A DNA stretch of 64,000 nt from Botryllus schlosseri. Lineage: Eukaryota. The position numbers and the translations under genes are program-made. Positions 62,531 to 64,000 of the stretch are shown in pieces; positions within the stretch are counted from its first letter, which is position 1, and the number at the start of each line of letters is the position of its first letter. The stretch covers positions 4,216,001 to 4,280,000 of the forward strand of contig CM119383.1 of assembly GCA_051294905.1 (NCBI GenBank), in the 5' to 3' direction. The notes under the pieces are model-generated. The model was not told where the DNA came from and made no database searches. It saw only the letters and a program-made list of their open reading frames with translations.

Positions 62531-62624
62531 AAATGTGACTATGGTGTCGCCACGTTGACATGTTTAAAAAAACGGCTAAATATAAATGTATGAACTTTTC
62601 ACGGTAATTATTATAGAGTTTGCG

Positions 62625-63257
62625 TCATGGTTTTACGTACAATCCGTCGACGCCGTACCTACGCAATGGCCGGCCTAGCGTTTGCATTCGTTGGTCGTCC
62701 GGTTCCTCGAGACAAATCGGCGGTATCGGGCTTCGACTACGCTCCGACCTGTCATGCATACCTATCAGACCCGCCACGCTTTTTCTACGTCTTAGAGTAG
62801 AGCCGCCGCCGCGCCGATACGGCATCCCCAACCCCGGGTTTGGCGGTGATAAAGTCTGCTTCTTTTGGTTGGAGCTAGGCACTAACCTCCTGAATAAACT
62901 CAACCTACGCTCCGGTTTATTATTACCGGAGACACTTTTGCGCCGTTTGATTTCGCGGCATAGTTCTGCGAAAGCCTCTCGTAAGCTTTCTGTTTTTCCG
63001 TTATCGTTGGCTGCACAAGCGCAGCACTCGAAATAAGCCGCCGGTATCGTGAGGCATAATTTCCTCGCTCTTTCGGGCGAGACCTCGCGACTGTGCTTTA
63101 GGTCGGCTTTGTTCCCCACAACGACGTAGGATATGTTCTTGGCCGATTTCTTGTATTCCAGATCTTCCTTGATTTGCGCGATGCTTTCGAATGATGGTTC
63201 CTTCGTGACGTCGAACACGATCATGAAGCCGTCCGCCCAACTGACGATGGTCTCTTC
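62625..63257 (-). CDS. RERG: Last coding exon of a RERG-like Ras-family small GTPase; upstream exons lie beyond the window
   Basis: Acceptor ttctttctgtaag|GAA at 63257 (phase 0). WADGFMIVFDVT, G4 VVVGNKADL, HSREVS, G5 FECCAC and ELCREIKRR match RERG-type sequences; no CAAX. The symbol is a subfamily-level call. Confidence 0.78.
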   Translation of the reverse strand, partial: EETIVSWADGFMIVFDVTKEPSFESIAQIKEDLEYKKSAKNISYVVVGNKADLKHSREVSPERARKLCLTIPAAYFECCACAANDNGKTESLREAFAELCREIKRRKSVSGNNKPERRLSLFRRLVPSSNQKKQTLSPPNPGLGMPYRRGGGSTLRRRKSVAGLIGMHDRSERSRSPIPPICLEEPDDQRMQTLGRPLRRYGVDGLYVKP

Positions 63258-63639
63258 CTTACAGAAAGAAAGCACGCAGTCAGAATCAGCAGTCTTTTAT
63301 TACATATCGCTACCAATATGCTGGTAATCAGTATTTCAAAATATATATCCATCCATAGTGTAACTGCATGTTGGGAAGAGCAGCATATGGCCGTTAGACA
63401 TCAGCACATTGCACTATTGCAGTCATGAGAGTGAGACTCGTGCTTGTATTGTTTTTTTTTTTTTTTTTTTTTTTATATTTACCTTTCCTAACTAAACATT
63501 TTTTCACAGCCAGACTGTTCTGAGTCAAGTGTACCTGTTTGATGCTGGTGTGATCAGACTAGATGACCTTCACGGTCTTATCGATCATTCCTATCTAATA
63601 CCGAATACTGTGCACGCATATTTTCTGTACCACCATCAC

Positions 63640-63693
63640 TGCCGTTTGTTATGTATTTTGGTTCGATGAAAATAAAGACTCTCTCTCTCTCTC
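63640..63693 (+). mobile_element. LINE 3'-tail remnant
   Basis: aaataaagactctctctctctct matches the tail of the 26195-27623 LINE. Confidence 0.45.
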
Positions 63694-64000
63694 TGGTATT
63701 CATCGTATTTCAGCATCAATGGTCAACTGATCATTTTACACCAGACATATATTATTACGATCACGATTCCTCCGCTGACGGCTTATAGCACGGGTCACTT
63801 TTGTTCTCCAGGGGCGTTTTGTCAGACACCCATTACGTGGATCAAATGGCGATGAGGAACCTAGCTAGATAAACCTCCAATATACTCAGGTAGGGCTTCA
63901 GCGGGCGAACTCGGTCGGACTAGAACCCACTACTCGTCACCTTAGTGCTTGAATAGAATTAGTTGTCAGCCAGATCGACCTGTTGTTCTTTAGGAAGTAC

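Noticed and set aside
63760-63990. Possible second tRNA-derived SINE on the minus strand (ggttctagtcc B-box-like)
   Set aside because: The A box is poor, it is single-copy in the window and no tail or TSD was identified.

Overview
This is eukaryotic (animal) genomic DNA with spliceosomal genes and dense transposon content. An invertebrate chordate such as an ascidian is my inference; the sequence does not prove it. I assembled four genes by hand from splice sites and codon phase. (1) A 4-exon, 631-aa class A GPCR with a Cys-rich ectodomain, minus strand, 9335-20329. (2) A 15-exon, 1268-aa PHF12/Pf1 orthologue, plus strand, 38135-51689. (3) A 4-exon, 164-aa single-domain rhodanese with a signal peptide, a GC-AG intron and a C-terminal KDEL, plus strand, 57474-59072; the ORF track misses it entirely. 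(4) The last exon of a RERG-like Ras GTPase, minus strand, 62625-63257. The rest is mainly hAT MITEs with readable 8-bp TSDs (including a four-tier nest at 24.9-29.9 kb), LINE remnants, a tRNA-derived MetaSINE-like element, an intronic 28S rRNA fragment, and Penelope-like 3' fragments carrying minimal hammerhead ribozymes (one forms a 252-bp-arm palindrome). The top candidate for novelty is the predicted ER-luminal rhodanese. There is no CRISPR array or prokaryotic system. All homology calls are from recalled motifs; no searches were run.
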